Assembly (NCBI GenBank): GCA_963827865.1
Contig: CAWHCO010000005.1
Coordinates: 43,068-107,067 of the forward strand
DNA length: 64,000 bases
From: an uncultured bacterium
GTDB taxonomy: Bacteria; Actinomycetota; Acidimicrobiia; Spongiisociales; UBA4744
Reading direction: 5' to 3'
In this document: positions 20,452 through 30,666 of the stretch, piece after piece
Layout: each line of letters begins with the position of its first letter
How positions within the stretch are numbered: the first letter of the stretch is position 1
Translations under genes and position numbers: made by a program
Notes under the pieces: model-generated
Seen by the model: only the letters and a program-made list of their open reading frames with translations
What the model was told of the DNA's origin: nothing
Database searches by the model: none

Positions 20452-21029
20452 CAGGCTGCTCCCACGCTCAGGGCCATCATATGTATTCGCGAGTCGCCAG
20501 TCAGTTCGGGATGGAAGGCTGCAGCCACGACATTCCGGTCTCGAACCAGCACGGGATGGTCATCGACCTGCGCCAGCACCTCGACGTGCTCCCCCACCCG
20601 TTCGACCCACGGTGCGCGAATGAACACGGCGTGGAATGGCGCGTCGAAGCTCTCCACATCGATGTCAGCTTCGAACGAATTGTTCTGGCGACCGAAAGCG
20701 TTTCGTTGCACGGTCACGTCTAGCACGCCGAGCAGTAGCTGTGACCCCTCGGTCACACCCGACGCGAGGAAGATCATCCCGGCACAGGTCCCGAAGGTAG
20801 GCAACCCGCCTCCGATCGCCTTCCGCAGTGGTTCGACGAGGCCGAAACGGTCGGCGAGCGTGCCGATCGTCGTCGATTCACCGCCTGGGAACACCAAGCC
20901 GTCCAGACCTTTCAGATCGGCAGGCTGGCGCACTTCGCGCGGGTTCCATCCCAGCGACCGGATGAGATGCGCGTGCTCGCGAACGTCGCCCTGGAGGGCG
21001 ACGATCCCGACGTCTCCCACGCTCACCAA
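20451..21029 (-). CDS. pdxT: Pyridoxal 5-prime-phosphate synthase glutaminase subunit PdxT
   Basis: 192 aa. [20 protein letters not shown] (catalytic Cys), AAFHPELT. The exact start is uncertain by a few codons. Confidence 0.9.
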   Translation of the reverse strand: MVSVGDVGIVALQGDVREHAHLIRSLGWNPREVRQPADLKGLDGLVFPGGESTTIGTLADRFGLVEPLRKAIGGGLPTFGTCAGMIFLASGVTEGSQLLLGVLDVTVQRNAFGRQNNSFEADIDVESFDAPFHAVFIRAPWVERVGEHVEVLAQVDDHPVLVRDRNVVAAAFHPELTGDSRIHMMALSVGAA

Positions 21030-21910
21030 CCTCGCGTCTGGAGCAATTCCGATTCGGAGAGCTCGGATATCTCGATGCCGCGCATCGGTTCGCCGAGTCC
21101 ACGTGACACCTTCCCGACCATCGCGGGGTCCTGGAAGAACGTGACCGCCTCGACGATCGCTCGGGCTCGCGGTGCCGGATCCTCGCTCTTGAAGATGCCC
21201 GACCCCACGAATACACCCTCACAGCCGAGCTGCATCATGAGCGCTGCATCGGCAGGAGTCGCCACTCCCCCGGCGGCGAAGTTGACGACAGGGAGCTTTC
21301 CGGTCTCCGCCACCTCACGTACGAGCGAAACCGGCGCCCCGAGGTTCTTGGCGGCGGTCGCGAGCTCCTCCGGCCCCATTGTGGTGAGTGCCCTCAGCTC
21401 GCGGGTGACGGTCCTCATGTGCCGGACAGCCTCCACGATATTGCCCGTGCCCGCCTCGCCCTTGGTTCGGATCATCGCCGCGCCTTCACCGATACGGCGA
21501 AGGGCCTCGCCGAGATTTCTCGCGCCACACACGAACGGCGTCGTGAACTGCCACTTGTCGATGTGGTGCTCCTCGTCGGCCGGCGTGAGCACTTCGCTCT
21601 CGTCGATGTAGTCCACGCCGAGGGCCTGCAGCACCTGGGCTTCCACGAAGTGGCCGATGCGGGCCTTCGCCATGACAGGGATGTTCACCGCGGCCATGAT
21701 CTCCTCGACCTTGGTGGGGTCCGCCATTCTCGCGACGCCACCTTCTTTTCGGATGTCGGCGGGGACACGCTCGAGCGCCATGACGGCGACGGCACCCGCC
21801 TCTTCAGCGATCTTCGCCTGCTCTGCATTGACGACGTCCATGATCACGCCGCCCTTGAGCATCTCGGCGAGTCCTCGTTTCACCAGATCAGTCCCACGTT
21901 CCACGTTCAC
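21023..21910 (-). CDS. pdxS: Pyridoxal 5-prime-phosphate synthase lyase subunit PdxS
   Basis: 295 aa. [42 protein letters not shown] is the near-invariant PdxS sequence. Confidence 0.95.
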   Translation of the reverse strand: MNVERGTDLVKRGLAEMLKGGVIMDVVNAEQAKIAEEAGAVAVMALERVPADIRKEGGVARMADPTKVEEIMAAVNIPVMAKARIGHFVEAQVLQALGVDYIDESEVLTPADEEHHIDKWQFTTPFVCGARNLGEALRRIGEGAAMIRTKGEAGTGNIVEAVRHMRTVTRELRALTTMGPEELATAAKNLGAPVSLVREVAETGKLPVVNFAAGGVATPADAALMMQLGCEGVFVGSGIFKSEDPAPRARAIVEAVTFFQDPAMVGKVSRGLGEPMRGIEISELSESELLQTRGW

Positions 21911-21917
21911 TTCCTCC

Positions 21918-22973
21918 TTACCCCTCGATTCTACTGGCAGCCCGCTCGATGGCTTGCTCGTACAGCATGATCCAGCGAGGAAGCACCCGGCGCCAATCGA
22001 ACACGTTTGCCCTGACCCTTGCTGCCCGCCCTTGCCGTCGAACTCGTTCGGGGTTCGTCAGCAGTCCAACGAGCACATCCGCGAGGCGCCCGCCGTCATT
22101 GACGGGCACGTGTTCGCCAACACCTCCCGCGACGCTCACGAATGCCGGTAGGTCGGTGGAAACGACGGCACACCCGGCAGCCATGGCTTCGATCAGGGTG
22201 ACCCCGAAGCTCTCACCTCCAGTGTTCGGAGCGCAGAACACCGAGGACGAGGCGAGGACTTCACGCTTGCGCCGGTCGGACACGGTACCTTCGAACCTGA
22301 CTCCGGTCCCTCCGGAGTCTCTGCTCGCCCCCACGACGACCAACTCCGCGTCGGGTACCGCCGCACGCACTCGCGGCCATGCACCGAGCAGCACGTCGAG
22401 GCCCTTGCGAGGGTCATCGCGCCCGACGAACGCCACGCGATGGGCGACCCGCTCCTGCTCTGTGAACCCCGCAACGTCGACAGCGTTGGGCACGATCTCC
22501 ACACCGGGCGCAAACCCTTCGACGGCCATGGCCGCTTCGGCGCTGACCGCTGTCAGTACATCGATTCGCTCCACGAGATGGGCGAGAAGCGGACCACCGA
22601 ACTTGTACACGGCTCTGACCACGGCGGCGGGCTCGGCGTGAAACGTCCCCACGGTGGGAATATCGGTACCGATCCACGCCGCCGGCCCGACGACCGGGAG
22701 CAGCGGCTCGTGCACGTGCACCACATCGGCGTCGCCTATGGCCTCTTTCACACGCAGAATTGCCCCCGGCTCCAGGCACACCGGAGCCACGGCTTCGTTC
22801 GCTTCCACGTCGGTGCTGCCTCCAACGGACGTCCAGGTCCCATCGGATTCGCCGGGGCCGATCAACTTTGTCTTGTGGCCCGCCTGAGCGAGTTGTTCTC
22901 GTAGTTGCAGTGCCTGCTCTTGCACACCCCCGTGCCTGTCGAGCGCATACGGGCTGACGATCGCGATCCTCAC
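21918..22973 (-). CDS. pimA: GT4 family glycosyltransferase, PimA-like (phosphatidylinositol mannosyltransferase candidate)
   Basis: 351 aa. [20 protein letters not shown] and the C-terminal GT-B EX7E-type region ([15 protein letters not shown]). It sits in the pgsA-acyltransferase-pimA order known from mycobacteria. Confidence 0.75.
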   Translation of the reverse strand: MRIAIVSPYALDRHGGVQEQALQLREQLAQAGHKTKLIGPGESDGTWTSVGGSTDVEANEAVAPVCLEPGAILRVKEAIGDADVVHVHEPLLPVVGPAAWIGTDIPTVGTFHAEPAAVVRAVYKFGGPLLAHLVERIDVLTAVSAEAAMAVEGFAPGVEIVPNAVDVAGFTEQERVAHRVAFVGRDDPRKGLDVLLGAWPRVRAAVPDAELVVVGASRDSGGTGVRFEGTVSDRRKREVLASSSVFCAPNTGGESFGVTLIEAMAAGCAVVSTDLPAFVSVAGGVGEHVPVNDGGRLADVLVGLLTNPERVRRQGRAARVRANVFDWRRVLPRWIMLYEQAIERAASRIEG

Positions 22974-23836
22974 GACGCTCGCCTATCGGACGGCCAATTC
23001 GGCTGGAGGATGTGCCACTGCTCAGGTGCGCGCCCGATCAGTTCTTCGAGCGAGACGGCAATCCGACGAGTTCCTTCGGCGATCCGCTCCTCCGCCGTGC
23101 CAGAGCTGGGCATTTCCACAGGCGCTTCGACCACCAGGCGGTGCCCACGCCCCCTCTTGAAGTAGGCGGCGACGGGAAACACGGGGACGCCGTGTCGAAT
23201 CCCCAGCGCGGCGGCCCCTGCGGGCATCGACGTCCTCTCCCCGAAGAATTCGACATCGACTCCCCCGCTCTTCACGTTTCGATCCATCACGAGCGCGACG
23301 GCAGCTCCACGGTCCAAGGCCTCACCGAGACGGTTCATGATGTTCGGCTCGTTTGCGAGGACGACGTCGATACCGAGCTGACGCCGTATGTCGATGAACC
23401 AGTCGACTACATCACTGTCCGGCAGAGCTTCCGCAACGGCCAGGAGTTCCAGACCGATGTCGTGGGCGACGGTGCCCGCCACTTCCCAGTTCCCGATGTG
23501 GGGTAGCGCGAAGATCATGCCGGTTCCTTCGTCACGAGCCGCCTCTGCCCGTTCCACGCCATCTCTGTCGATGTGGCGCAAGATCGCCGGCACGCGGCGG
23601 GGCCGCACCCAGAACGCCTCTGCCCAGTACCGGCCGTACGCTCCGAACGCGGCGCGAGCCGTGTCTTCGACCTCGTGTTCGGATCCGATTGCCCGAGCCA
23701 TGTGACGAAGGCTCATGCGGCGTCGCCGACCCGCGCGTTCGAATGCGAGGCGTCCGGCTCGCACACCCACCGATCGCACGATCGGCTCCGGCAACCATCC
23801 GGCCATGGCGATCCCGGCGCGGTATAGCGCGTTCAC
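22970..23836 (-). CDS. Lauroyl/myristoyl acyltransferase family protein (PIM acyltransferase PatA-like)
   Basis: The track ORF extends to 24115, but that part overlaps pgsA in another frame and is Arg-rich. A GTG at 23836 forms a GTGA overlap with the pgsA stop and gives 288 aa starting VNALYRAGIAMAGWLPEP. The acyltransferase HX4D-like region is LPHIGNWE. Confidence 0.7.
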   Translation of the reverse strand: MNALYRAGIAMAGWLPEPIVRSVGVRAGRLAFERAGRRRRMSLRHMARAIGSEHEVEDTARAAFGAYGRYWAEAFWVRPRRVPAILRHIDRDGVERAEAARDEGTGMIFALPHIGNWEVAGTVAHDIGLELLAVAEALPDSDVVDWFIDIRRQLGIDVVLANEPNIMNRLGEALDRGAAVALVMDRNVKSGGVDVEFFGERTSMPAGAAALGIRHGVPVFPVAAYFKRGRGHRLVVEAPVEMPSSGTAEERIAEGTRRIAVSLEELIGRAPEQWHILQPNWPSDRRAS

Positions 23837-24426
23837 CCGTCGAGTCGTTTCCAGCCGATCCAGAACCGCTGGACGACGGTGATCCACACGAGCATCACCA
23901 TCGCCCACAACATGGGTCCGATCAGCCCGGACAGGATCCCGGCACCAAACAGGATCAGCCGCTCGGCCCTCCCCATCAGCCCGCCTCGACCGTCGGCACC
24001 ACCCTGTTCCACTTTCGCCCGGAGGTACGAGATGAGCAGCGAACCACCGAGCGAAGCGACACACAACGCAACCCATGCCGGCGTGTCCGAGACCGCGAGC
24101 GCCAAACCGGTCCACATCGCCGTCTCTTCCACTCTGTCGGTCACCGAGTCAAGCAGGGCTCCCCGCGCCGACACGCTCCCTCGTGCTCTGGCGACCGCTC
24201 CGTCGAGGGCGTCGACAGCGGATCCCACCAACACGAAGCCGACCCCGAGTTGCGGTCGTCCCACTCCGATCAGGACCGCCCCGGCGAGTGCGACTGCCAA
24301 GCCGAACAGCGTGACGTGCCACGCGCGCACCCCGACCCGGGCGAGCGCCTTCCCTATCGGCGCAAACATGACATTGACCCTGCGGCGGGCTTTCAGTTCG
24401 ATCATGGGTGCAGCAACGTACCACAC
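23833..24426 (-). CDS. pgsA: CDP-alcohol phosphatidyltransferase (phosphatidylinositol-phosphate synthase PgsA-like)
   Basis: 197 aa. The motif DALDGAVARARGSVSARGALLDSVTDRVEE equals DX2DGX2ARX8GX3DX3D. The start may be one of the internal Met codons. Confidence 0.85.
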   Translation of the reverse strand: MWYVAAPMIELKARRRVNVMFAPIGKALARVGVRAWHVTLFGLAVALAGAVLIGVGRPQLGVGFVLVGSAVDALDGAVARARGSVSARGALLDSVTDRVEETAMWTGLALAVSDTPAWVALCVASLGGSLLISYLRAKVEQGGADGRGGLMGRAERLILFGAGILSGLIGPMLWAMVMLVWITVVQRFWIGWKRLDG

Positions 24427-24492
24427 CGCTCGAGCGCCAGGATGAGGGGCGGGATCTCGCCACTAGAATCGTCCGAAACATCAGGAGGTCAT
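24427..24492. promoter_or_regulatory. Divergent intergenic region between pgsA and the EF-G paralog, with a candidate -10 and an RBS
   Basis: TAGAAT at 24464-24469. AGGAGG at 24483-24488 lies 4 nt before the GTG at 24493. No convincing -35 was seen. Confidence 0.3.
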
Positions 24493-26538
24493 GTGGTCCC
24501 CGAGAACATACGGAACGTCGCACTGGTCGGTCACGGTGGAAGCGGGAAGACCTCCCTCGCCGAAGCGTTGCTCTTCGCAGCCGGACAGACCACTCGACTG
24601 GGACGCACCTCGGATGGCAACACCGTCACCGACCACGAGCCCGAGGAGATCGAGCGCGAGCTCTCACTTGGGCTGGCCACAGCATCGTTCCCGTGGGGCA
24701 AGCAGAGAATCACGATCATCGATACCCCTGGGTATGCCGATTTCGTAGGAGATGCCCGCTCTGCGCTCCGCGCTGCCGACATGGCCGTGTTCGTCGTCTC
24801 CGGAGTGGACGGCGTGGAGGTGCAGACCGAGGCGTTGTGGCAGTTTGCCGGTGAAGAGGGCGTCCCACGGATCATCTTCGTGAACAAACTCGACCGTGAG
24901 CGCGCGTCGTTCCAGCAAACACTCGACCAGCTTCGCAAGACGTTCGGCAAAGGTGTCGCCCCGGTACAGGTCCCGATCGGATCGGAGGCGGATCTGTCAG
25001 GCTTGGTCCGCGTCGTCTCGAACACCGCCGTTCGGTACTCGGGTGGCAACCCGAAAGGAATCCCGGGCACCGCGCCGGACTCGATGACCGATGTTCTCGC
25101 AGAGATGCACACGGCCGTCGTCGAATCGGTCGTTGAGACCAGCGACGACTTGCTGGAGGCCTACTTCGAGGGGGTCGAGCCCGACAGGGCGACAATCGTC
25201 GAGGTCACTCGCTCGGGCATTCTCACCGGAGAGATCCAACCGGTGCTGTGTGGATCTGCGACGCAACTCATCGGTATCGACGCGCTCGCCGATTTTATCG
25301 CCGAGTTCGGACCCAACCCACTGGAACGACCCCCTGTTCCACTGACGGGAGGTGGAACTCTCTCCTTCGACGACGGGCCGGTCGCCTATGTGTTCAAGAC
25401 CACGTCCGACCCGTATGTCGGACGAATCTCGCTTCTGCGCGTGTACTCGGGGACGATCAGAGCGGACGACGTGCTCGAGTCGTCGTCGGGCGAGAAGGTG
25501 CGTGTGCACAACCTGTTCACCATGCAGGGCAGAGAGCACAACGATGCGACCGAACTGGTAGCAGGTGACATCGCCGCAGTCGCCAAAATCGAGAATCTCA
25601 CTCCAGGCGACACGCTTCATACGCCCGGGTCTTCGGTGAGGATCGTACCTGTCCTGATGCCACGACCGGTCATGAGTGTCGTCGTATCCCCTCACTCCTC
25701 TCAAGACGAAGAGAAACTCTCGACGGCCCTGGCGAGGATCACCGAGGAAGACCCGACGCTCGAGGTCGAGCGGAGAGCCGAGACGAAAGAGACGGTCCTT
25801 TCCGGTCTCGGCGACACGCATCTCGATGTCACCGTTGCTCGTCTTGCGCGCAAGTTCGGGGTAGAGGTGGAGACGTCGATACCGACGGTCCCCTATCGGG
25901 AGACGATCGGCGCGACCGCAGAAGCCGAAGGCAAACACAAGAAGCAGAGCGGGGGCCGGGGCCAGTACGGCGTCGCGTTCGTCCGCTTCGAACCTCTTCC
26001 GAGAGGCTCCGGGTACGAGTTCGTCAACGAGATCAAAGGTGGGTCCATTCCCCGCCAGTACATCCCTGCCGTCGACAAGGGGGTCCAGGAGGGTCTCGAA
26101 CGAGGCATCCTCGCCGGCTTTCCTGTTACGGACGTCAGGGCGACCGTGTACGACGGCAAGTACCACTCGGTCGACTCGGATGAGCTGTCCTTTCGGATGG
26201 CAGGCATCATGGCGGTGCGGGCAGCCGCCCCCAGTGTGCGGGCCACCCTCCTCGAGCCGATCGTGAAGGCCCGGATCACCGTGCCCGAGGACTACATGGG
26301 TGACGTCATCGGCGACCTCAATGCGAAGCGGGGAAAGGTGCTGGGGATGGACTCGGACGGTCGGTATCGGATCGTGACCGCAGAGGTTCCCTTGGCGGAA
26401 ATGCAACGCTATGCGATCGATCTCCGGTCGATGACCGGCGGACGGGGTAGTTTTGAAATGGAGTTTGACCACTACGAGGAGGTTCCGAGGCAGGAAGCCC
26501 AGAAGGTCATCGCTTCTGCCCACGAGGAAGAGGCGTAG
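24493..26538 (+). CDS. Elongation factor G-like GTPase paralog
   Basis: The track ORF starts at 23689, but the first 268 aa are Arg/Pro-rich antisense of pgsA. A GTG at 24493 behind AGGAGG gives VVPENIRNVALVGHGGSGKTSLAEALL. G1 is GHGGSGKT, G3 is DTPGYADF and G4 is NKLD. EF-G domains II-V are recognisable (GRISLLRVYSG..., GGRGQYG, RGSFEMEFDHYEEVP). Confidence 0.85.
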   Translation: MVPENIRNVALVGHGGSGKTSLAEALLFAAGQTTRLGRTSDGNTVTDHEPEEIERELSLGLATASFPWGKQRITIIDTPGYADFVGDARSALRAADMAVFVVSGVDGVEVQTEALWQFAGEEGVPRIIFVNKLDRERASFQQTLDQLRKTFGKGVAPVQVPIGSEADLSGLVRVVSNTAVRYSGGNPKGIPGTAPDSMTDVLAEMHTAVVESVVETSDDLLEAYFEGVEPDRATIVEVTRSGILTGEIQPVLCGSATQLIGIDALADFIAEFGPNPLERPPVPLTGGGTLSFDDGPVAYVFKTTSDPYVGRISLLRVYSGTIRADDVLESSSGEKVRVHNLFTMQGREHNDATELVAGDIAAVAKIENLTPGDTLHTPGSSVRIVPVLMPRPVMSVVVSPHSSQDEEKLSTALARITEEDPTLEVERRAETKETVLSGLGDTHLDVTVARLARKFGVEVETSIPTVPYRETIGATAEAEGKHKKQSGGRGQYGVAFVRFEPLPRGSGYEFVNEIKGGSIPRQYIPAVDKGVQEGLERGILAGFPVTDVRATVYDGKYHSVDSDELSFRMAGIMAVRAAAPSVRATLLEPIVKARITVPEDYMGDVIGDLNAKRGKVLGMDSDGRYRIVTAEVPLAEMQRYAIDLRSMTGGRGSFEMEFDHYEEVPRQEAQKVIASAHEEEA

Positions 26539-26608
26539 GGAGGGAGTAGACCAATCGAGCAAGGGCATCCCCCTCGGGCATATCCTCGGCAGAGCCCAAG
26601 GAGGCACA

Positions 26609-27907
26609 ATGGCACTGAAGGAAGCCCTAGAGCGGAAGATCGAGGAGTGGAGGCCCCGAACAACCCGCTTGCTGAAGGAATTCGGAGACGTGAAGGTCTC
26701 GGACGTCACCATCTCTCAAGCGATCGGTGGGGCCCGAGGTGTTCGGTGTCTCGTAACGGACATCTCATACCTCGACCCGAATGAGGGGATCAGGTTCCGG
26801 GGACACACGATCCCCGAAACGCTCGCGATGCTCCCGAAAGTCCCGGGGAAGGAGATGCCCTACGTCGAAGGCCACATCTACCTTCTGCTGACCGGTGAGA
26901 TTCCCACCGATGACGACGTCACCCATCTGGTCGAGGACCTGAAGCGTCGCAGAGGCGTTCCCGGCTACGTGTTCGACGTGCTCCGTTCGATGCCGCTCGA
27001 CACCCACCCGATGACGATGTTCTCTGCGGGCATCCTCGCCATGCAGCGCGAGTCCGAGTACGTGAAGGCGTACAACGAGGGCCTTGGCAAGATGGACCAC
27101 TGGCAGCCGACCCTCGAGGATGTGCTGAACCTGTGGGCAAGACTCCCGGAGCTCGGCGCGTTCATCTACCGGCTCAAGTACAAGAGTGACATGCCCATCG
27201 CTTCGGATCCAAACCTGGACCTCGGAGGCGACTTCGCTCACATGATGGGTATCGACGACCCGTACGACGACGTTGCTCGTCTCTACTTCATCCTCCACTC
27301 GGATCATGAAAGCGGCAACGTCAGCGCGCACACGGGCCACCTGGTGGCAAGCGCCCTCTCCGACGTGTACTACGCGGCCTCGGCGATGATCGGCGGGCTC
27401 GCCGGCCCTCTCCACGGCCTCGCCAACCAGGAGGTCCTGCGCTGGATCCAGGGCGTGATGGACAAGATGGGCGGTGTGGTACCGACCGAGGACAAGATGA
27501 AGGAGTTCGTCTGGGATACCCTCAACTCCGGACAGGTGATCCCCGGGTTCGGGCACGCGGTGCTACGCAAGACCGACCCGAGATATGCCGAACAGCGCAA
27601 CTTCTGCCTGAAGCACCTTCCTGACGATCCCATCTTCAAGTACGTGGACGTCCTCTACAACGTGGTTCCCCCGATCTTGGAGGAGCAGGGCAAGGCGAAG
27701 AACCCGTGGCCGAACGTCGACGCTCAGTCAGGCGTCATCCAGTGGCACTACGGGTTGCAGGAGTACGACTTCTACACGGTGCTCTTCGGCATCGGGCGCT
27801 CCCTCGGAGTGCTCGCCAATATCGTGTGGGACAGGGCGCTCGGCTACCCGATCGAGCGACCGAAGTCGCTGACGACGGCGATGCTCGAAGAGATCGCCGG
27901 GGTCTAG
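26609..27907 (+). CDS. Citrate synthase, mitochondrial/eukaryotic-like type
   Basis: ATG at 26609 behind AAGGAGG (26598-26604). 433 aa. LHSDHESGNVSAHT, GFGHAVLRKTDPRY, KNPWPNVDAQSG, YTVLFGIGRSLGVLANIVWDRALGYPIERPKS. Confidence 0.9.
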   Translation: MALKEALERKIEEWRPRTTRLLKEFGDVKVSDVTISQAIGGARGVRCLVTDISYLDPNEGIRFRGHTIPETLAMLPKVPGKEMPYVEGHIYLLLTGEIPTDDDVTHLVEDLKRRRGVPGYVFDVLRSMPLDTHPMTMFSAGILAMQRESEYVKAYNEGLGKMDHWQPTLEDVLNLWARLPELGAFIYRLKYKSDMPIASDPNLDLGGDFAHMMGIDDPYDDVARLYFILHSDHESGNVSAHTGHLVASALSDVYYAASAMIGGLAGPLHGLANQEVLRWIQGVMDKMGGVVPTEDKMKEFVWDTLNSGQVIPGFGHAVLRKTDPRYAEQRNFCLKHLPDDPIFKYVDVLYNVVPPILEEQGKAKNPWPNVDAQSGVIQWHYGLQEYDFYTVLFGIGRSLGVLANIVWDRALGYPIERPKSLTTAMLEEIAGV

Positions 27908-27914
27908 AACCCGA

Positions 27915-27951
27915 AGAAGTGGAGGGTCCTCCGAGAGGACCCTCCACTTCT
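27915..27951. terminator. Perfect 17-bp stem hairpin between convergent citrate synthase and MMPL genes
   Basis: AGAAGTGGAGGGTCCTC cga GAGGACCCTCCACTTCT begins 8 nt after the citrate synthase stop. It is followed by TGTGTCT. Confidence 0.6.
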
Positions 27952-28054
27952 GTGTCTCGTACTTCCTACGCGACTTGGCTGTGCAACTCGCCCACAGGGC
28001 CGTGCGGGTAGGGGTGCGAAGTGCGCGTGGGCGAGTCGTACTCACCCACCCCCT

Positions 28055-30607
28055 TCACTCCTCCACGAATCCGTGGGCTGCGAGCCGCTCCCTGTCGAAC
28101 GTCGTGGTATGGCGGCGCCGATGCCACGAGTCCCACAGTGCGAGCATCGACGGCAACACCAACACCGAGGCGATCAACGCGGCGGCGAGCGCGAACACCG
28201 TTACCTCACCCATCTGCTGCATCGGCTTCAGCGAAGAGGTCATCAGTATGCCGAACCCTGCCATGGTCGTGAAGGCTGATCCGGCGAGTGCCGCTCCCGT
28301 ATGTCGAGCGGTCGACCGGATTGCCTCCTCCTGATCTTCGTACCGGATCCGATCCTCCTCGAAGCGGTGGGTCACGTGGATCGTGAATGGCACGCCGATG
28401 CCGATGGCCATTGCCGAGAGGGTCGCGGTCACCGGGTTGAACGAGATCCCGAACAAGGCCATCATCCCGAATGTCCACAGCACCACCAACGCGACCGGTG
28501 CGATCGTGACAACGCCCAGGAACGGTCTCCTCGTTTCGAACCAGAAGTTCCCGATCAGCAACAGCATGGCGACGATGATCGCCAACAGCAGAGATCGGAT
28601 CTGTGAACTGGAGAGCTTGTCGATGACCACCGATGAGATGATGTTCGTCGATGTCGGTGTCGCTGTCAGGCCCGCGTCCTTCACGGGCGTGAAGTCCCCG
28701 TTCAAGTCGGTGAGCAACTCACCAGCCCGTTCTTCGCCCGCGGAGGTGGAGATCACGAACTGCGCGGCCGTGTAGCTTCCTTCGCTGTCCTTGTGTACCA
28801 CGCGACCCATCGCGTCGGGCGATGCCGTCATGGCCGCGTCGTAGATCGCTGCAACGTCGGCGTTCGACGATACCGTGAGGTCCGGCTGGAGGCCCGCCGC
28901 CCCCGCAGCTTGGAGGAACGTCGAGTCTCCGGACTGAGCGAGCGTCGCTATCACGCTCAGGGGAGACTCGGCGGCCGCGAATCCACCATAGGTGACGACA
29001 TCCGGGGTATCGGAGAGGCTCTGGGATGCGTTGACCATCCCCAGGTAGGCGCCGGGCGTGGCGACATCACCCTTGATGAGAACGTTGGTCTGCTCTCCGA
29101 AGCCACCGGAGAACTCCCGGTCGAGCGTCTTGAACGCCACGACCGATGGTGAGTCTGCCGGGAGGAAGTCGATGAAGGAGAACGTCGTCTTGAGTTGGCT
29201 GAGCCCATACGCACCCAGCCCGCCAAGGAGCAGTGCCACGACCAGCGTGATGACGGGGACCCGTTCCGCGAGCACGGCCGTCCGGGCGGCGATACGGGGA
29301 AGAGCCCGTTCGGTGGTGCCCGCGACGAACGATTCCGGATGCAGTCGACCCCCACGTTCGGCGCGGCGGTCGAGCAGCAGCCTGATGGCAGGTAGGAGCG
29401 TGAGCATCAACACGAAGGCCGCACCGATTCCGATCGCAGTCAGGATCCCGAAGTCTTTCAGTCCTGGGATGGGTGAGATCAGGTTCGTGAGGAAACCGAC
29501 TGCGGTCGTGATCGTGGCGAGGATGAGCGCGACTCCGACTGTGCCGATCGCCCGGGTCGAAGCAGACGCGACGCTCTTGCCCGCGCTGAGCTCCTCCCGG
29601 TACCGACCGGTGAGGTGGATCGCATAGTCGACACCGAGACCAATGAGCAGAATCGGGATGATCTGGGTGATCTCGTTGAGATTCCCTACGACTCCGAGAT
29701 GATCGGGTCCGAGCAGGACGGCCAGACCCTCCATCCAGACGATGGCTGTCATGATCACCAGCAGTGTCAACGTGACGTCGGCGGCGGTTCGACGCACACT
29801 GCTCCAGCGTGAACGCCCACCGCGAGGGCGCACCCAGTAGACGTACCCAAGGATGAGCAGGATGATCAGGAACGCACTGATGAACAGCCGCCCTACCTCT
29901 TTGGAGAAGTCGAACTCGCTCCCGAAGAGCAGCAGTGTGCTGAACGCCTGCACGTTGACGCTGTCGCTCGTGTACTGACTCGCGGCATCGGCAGCCGCCT
30001 GCTCGATGTCGACGATTCGAGTGAGATCGCTCCCTCCCTCCATCGAGGAAGTGTCGAGAAAGACCACGATGAGCCCGGCGGGCGCAACCGTGTCGTCGAA
30101 ATTCGTCTTTGCCGAGACCAGCGCCCGGAGATAGTCGGCCTGGCCGGCCGGAGCCTGCGAGAGGGCGAGCGTGTACAACTGCTGAACTTGGGCGTCGCTG
30201 AGGCCATCCACAGGGATGCCCTGCACGGTGGCAGCCCGAATCACCCCGTCGAGGTACGAGACGATGCCGGCCCTATCCTCACGGTCTGAGACATACTGGC
30301 CCGCGTCGCTCGCGCGGATCGCGTCCTCGACCTCTTGCACTGTCTTGACGCCGTCGGCCGACACGACGTTGTCGCCGGTCAGAATGATTTGCAGCGTCTG
30401 CTCATTGCCGCCGGTGGAGAACAGCTGCTGGATCTCATTCGAAGCTTTGATCTCCGGCGTGTTGGGGGCGAAGCCCTCTTGCCCGCTCGTCACTTCGGAT
30501 CGGGACGCGAACGTTCCGAGCACCGCCGTTGCCAACACCACGACTGCGATCGTCCACCACGGCCACTTTCGAACGATGGCGGACACTGCACTTACGAATC
30601 GCTTCAC
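28055..30607 (-). CDS. MMPL/RND-superfamily membrane transporter
   Basis: About 850 aa with two repeats of a large extracytoplasmic loop plus a 5-6 TM bundle (GVDYAIHLTGRYREE and GIGVPFTIHVTHRFEED). The start is probably the GTG at 30607, 8 nt after GGAGG, rather than 30616. Confidence 0.85.
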   Translation of the reverse strand: MKRFVSAVSAIVRKWPWWTIAVVVLATAVLGTFASRSEVTSGQEGFAPNTPEIKASNEIQQLFSTGGNEQTLQIILTGDNVVSADGVKTVQEVEDAIRASDAGQYVSDREDRAGIVSYLDGVIRAATVQGIPVDGLSDAQVQQLYTLALSQAPAGQADYLRALVSAKTNFDDTVAPAGLIVVFLDTSSMEGGSDLTRIVDIEQAAADAASQYTSDSVNVQAFSTLLLFGSEFDFSKEVGRLFISAFLIILLILGYVYWVRPRGGRSRWSSVRRTAADVTLTLLVIMTAIVWMEGLAVLLGPDHLGVVGNLNEITQIIPILLIGLGVDYAIHLTGRYREELSAGKSVASASTRAIGTVGVALILATITTAVGFLTNLISPIPGLKDFGILTAIGIGAAFVLMLTLLPAIRLLLDRRAERGGRLHPESFVAGTTERALPRIAARTAVLAERVPVITLVVALLLGGLGAYGLSQLKTTFSFIDFLPADSPSVVAFKTLDREFSGGFGEQTNVLIKGDVATPGAYLGMVNASQSLSDTPDVVTYGGFAAAESPLSVIATLAQSGDSTFLQAAGAAGLQPDLTVSSNADVAAIYDAAMTASPDAMGRVVHKDSEGSYTAAQFVISTSAGEERAGELLTDLNGDFTPVKDAGLTATPTSTNIISSVVIDKLSSSQIRSLLLAIIVAMLLLIGNFWFETRRPFLGVVTIAPVALVVLWTFGMMALFGISFNPVTATLSAMAIGIGVPFTIHVTHRFEEDRIRYEDQEEAIRSTARHTGAALAGSAFTTMAGFGILMTSSLKPMQQMGEVTVFALAAALIASVLVLPSMLALWDSWHRRRHTTTFDRERLAAHGFVEE

Positions 30608-30666
30608 GAGACCCACCTCCGGCCGGGGTCAGACTATGTGCGTGCTGGAGTTTGCAGAAATCGGGG

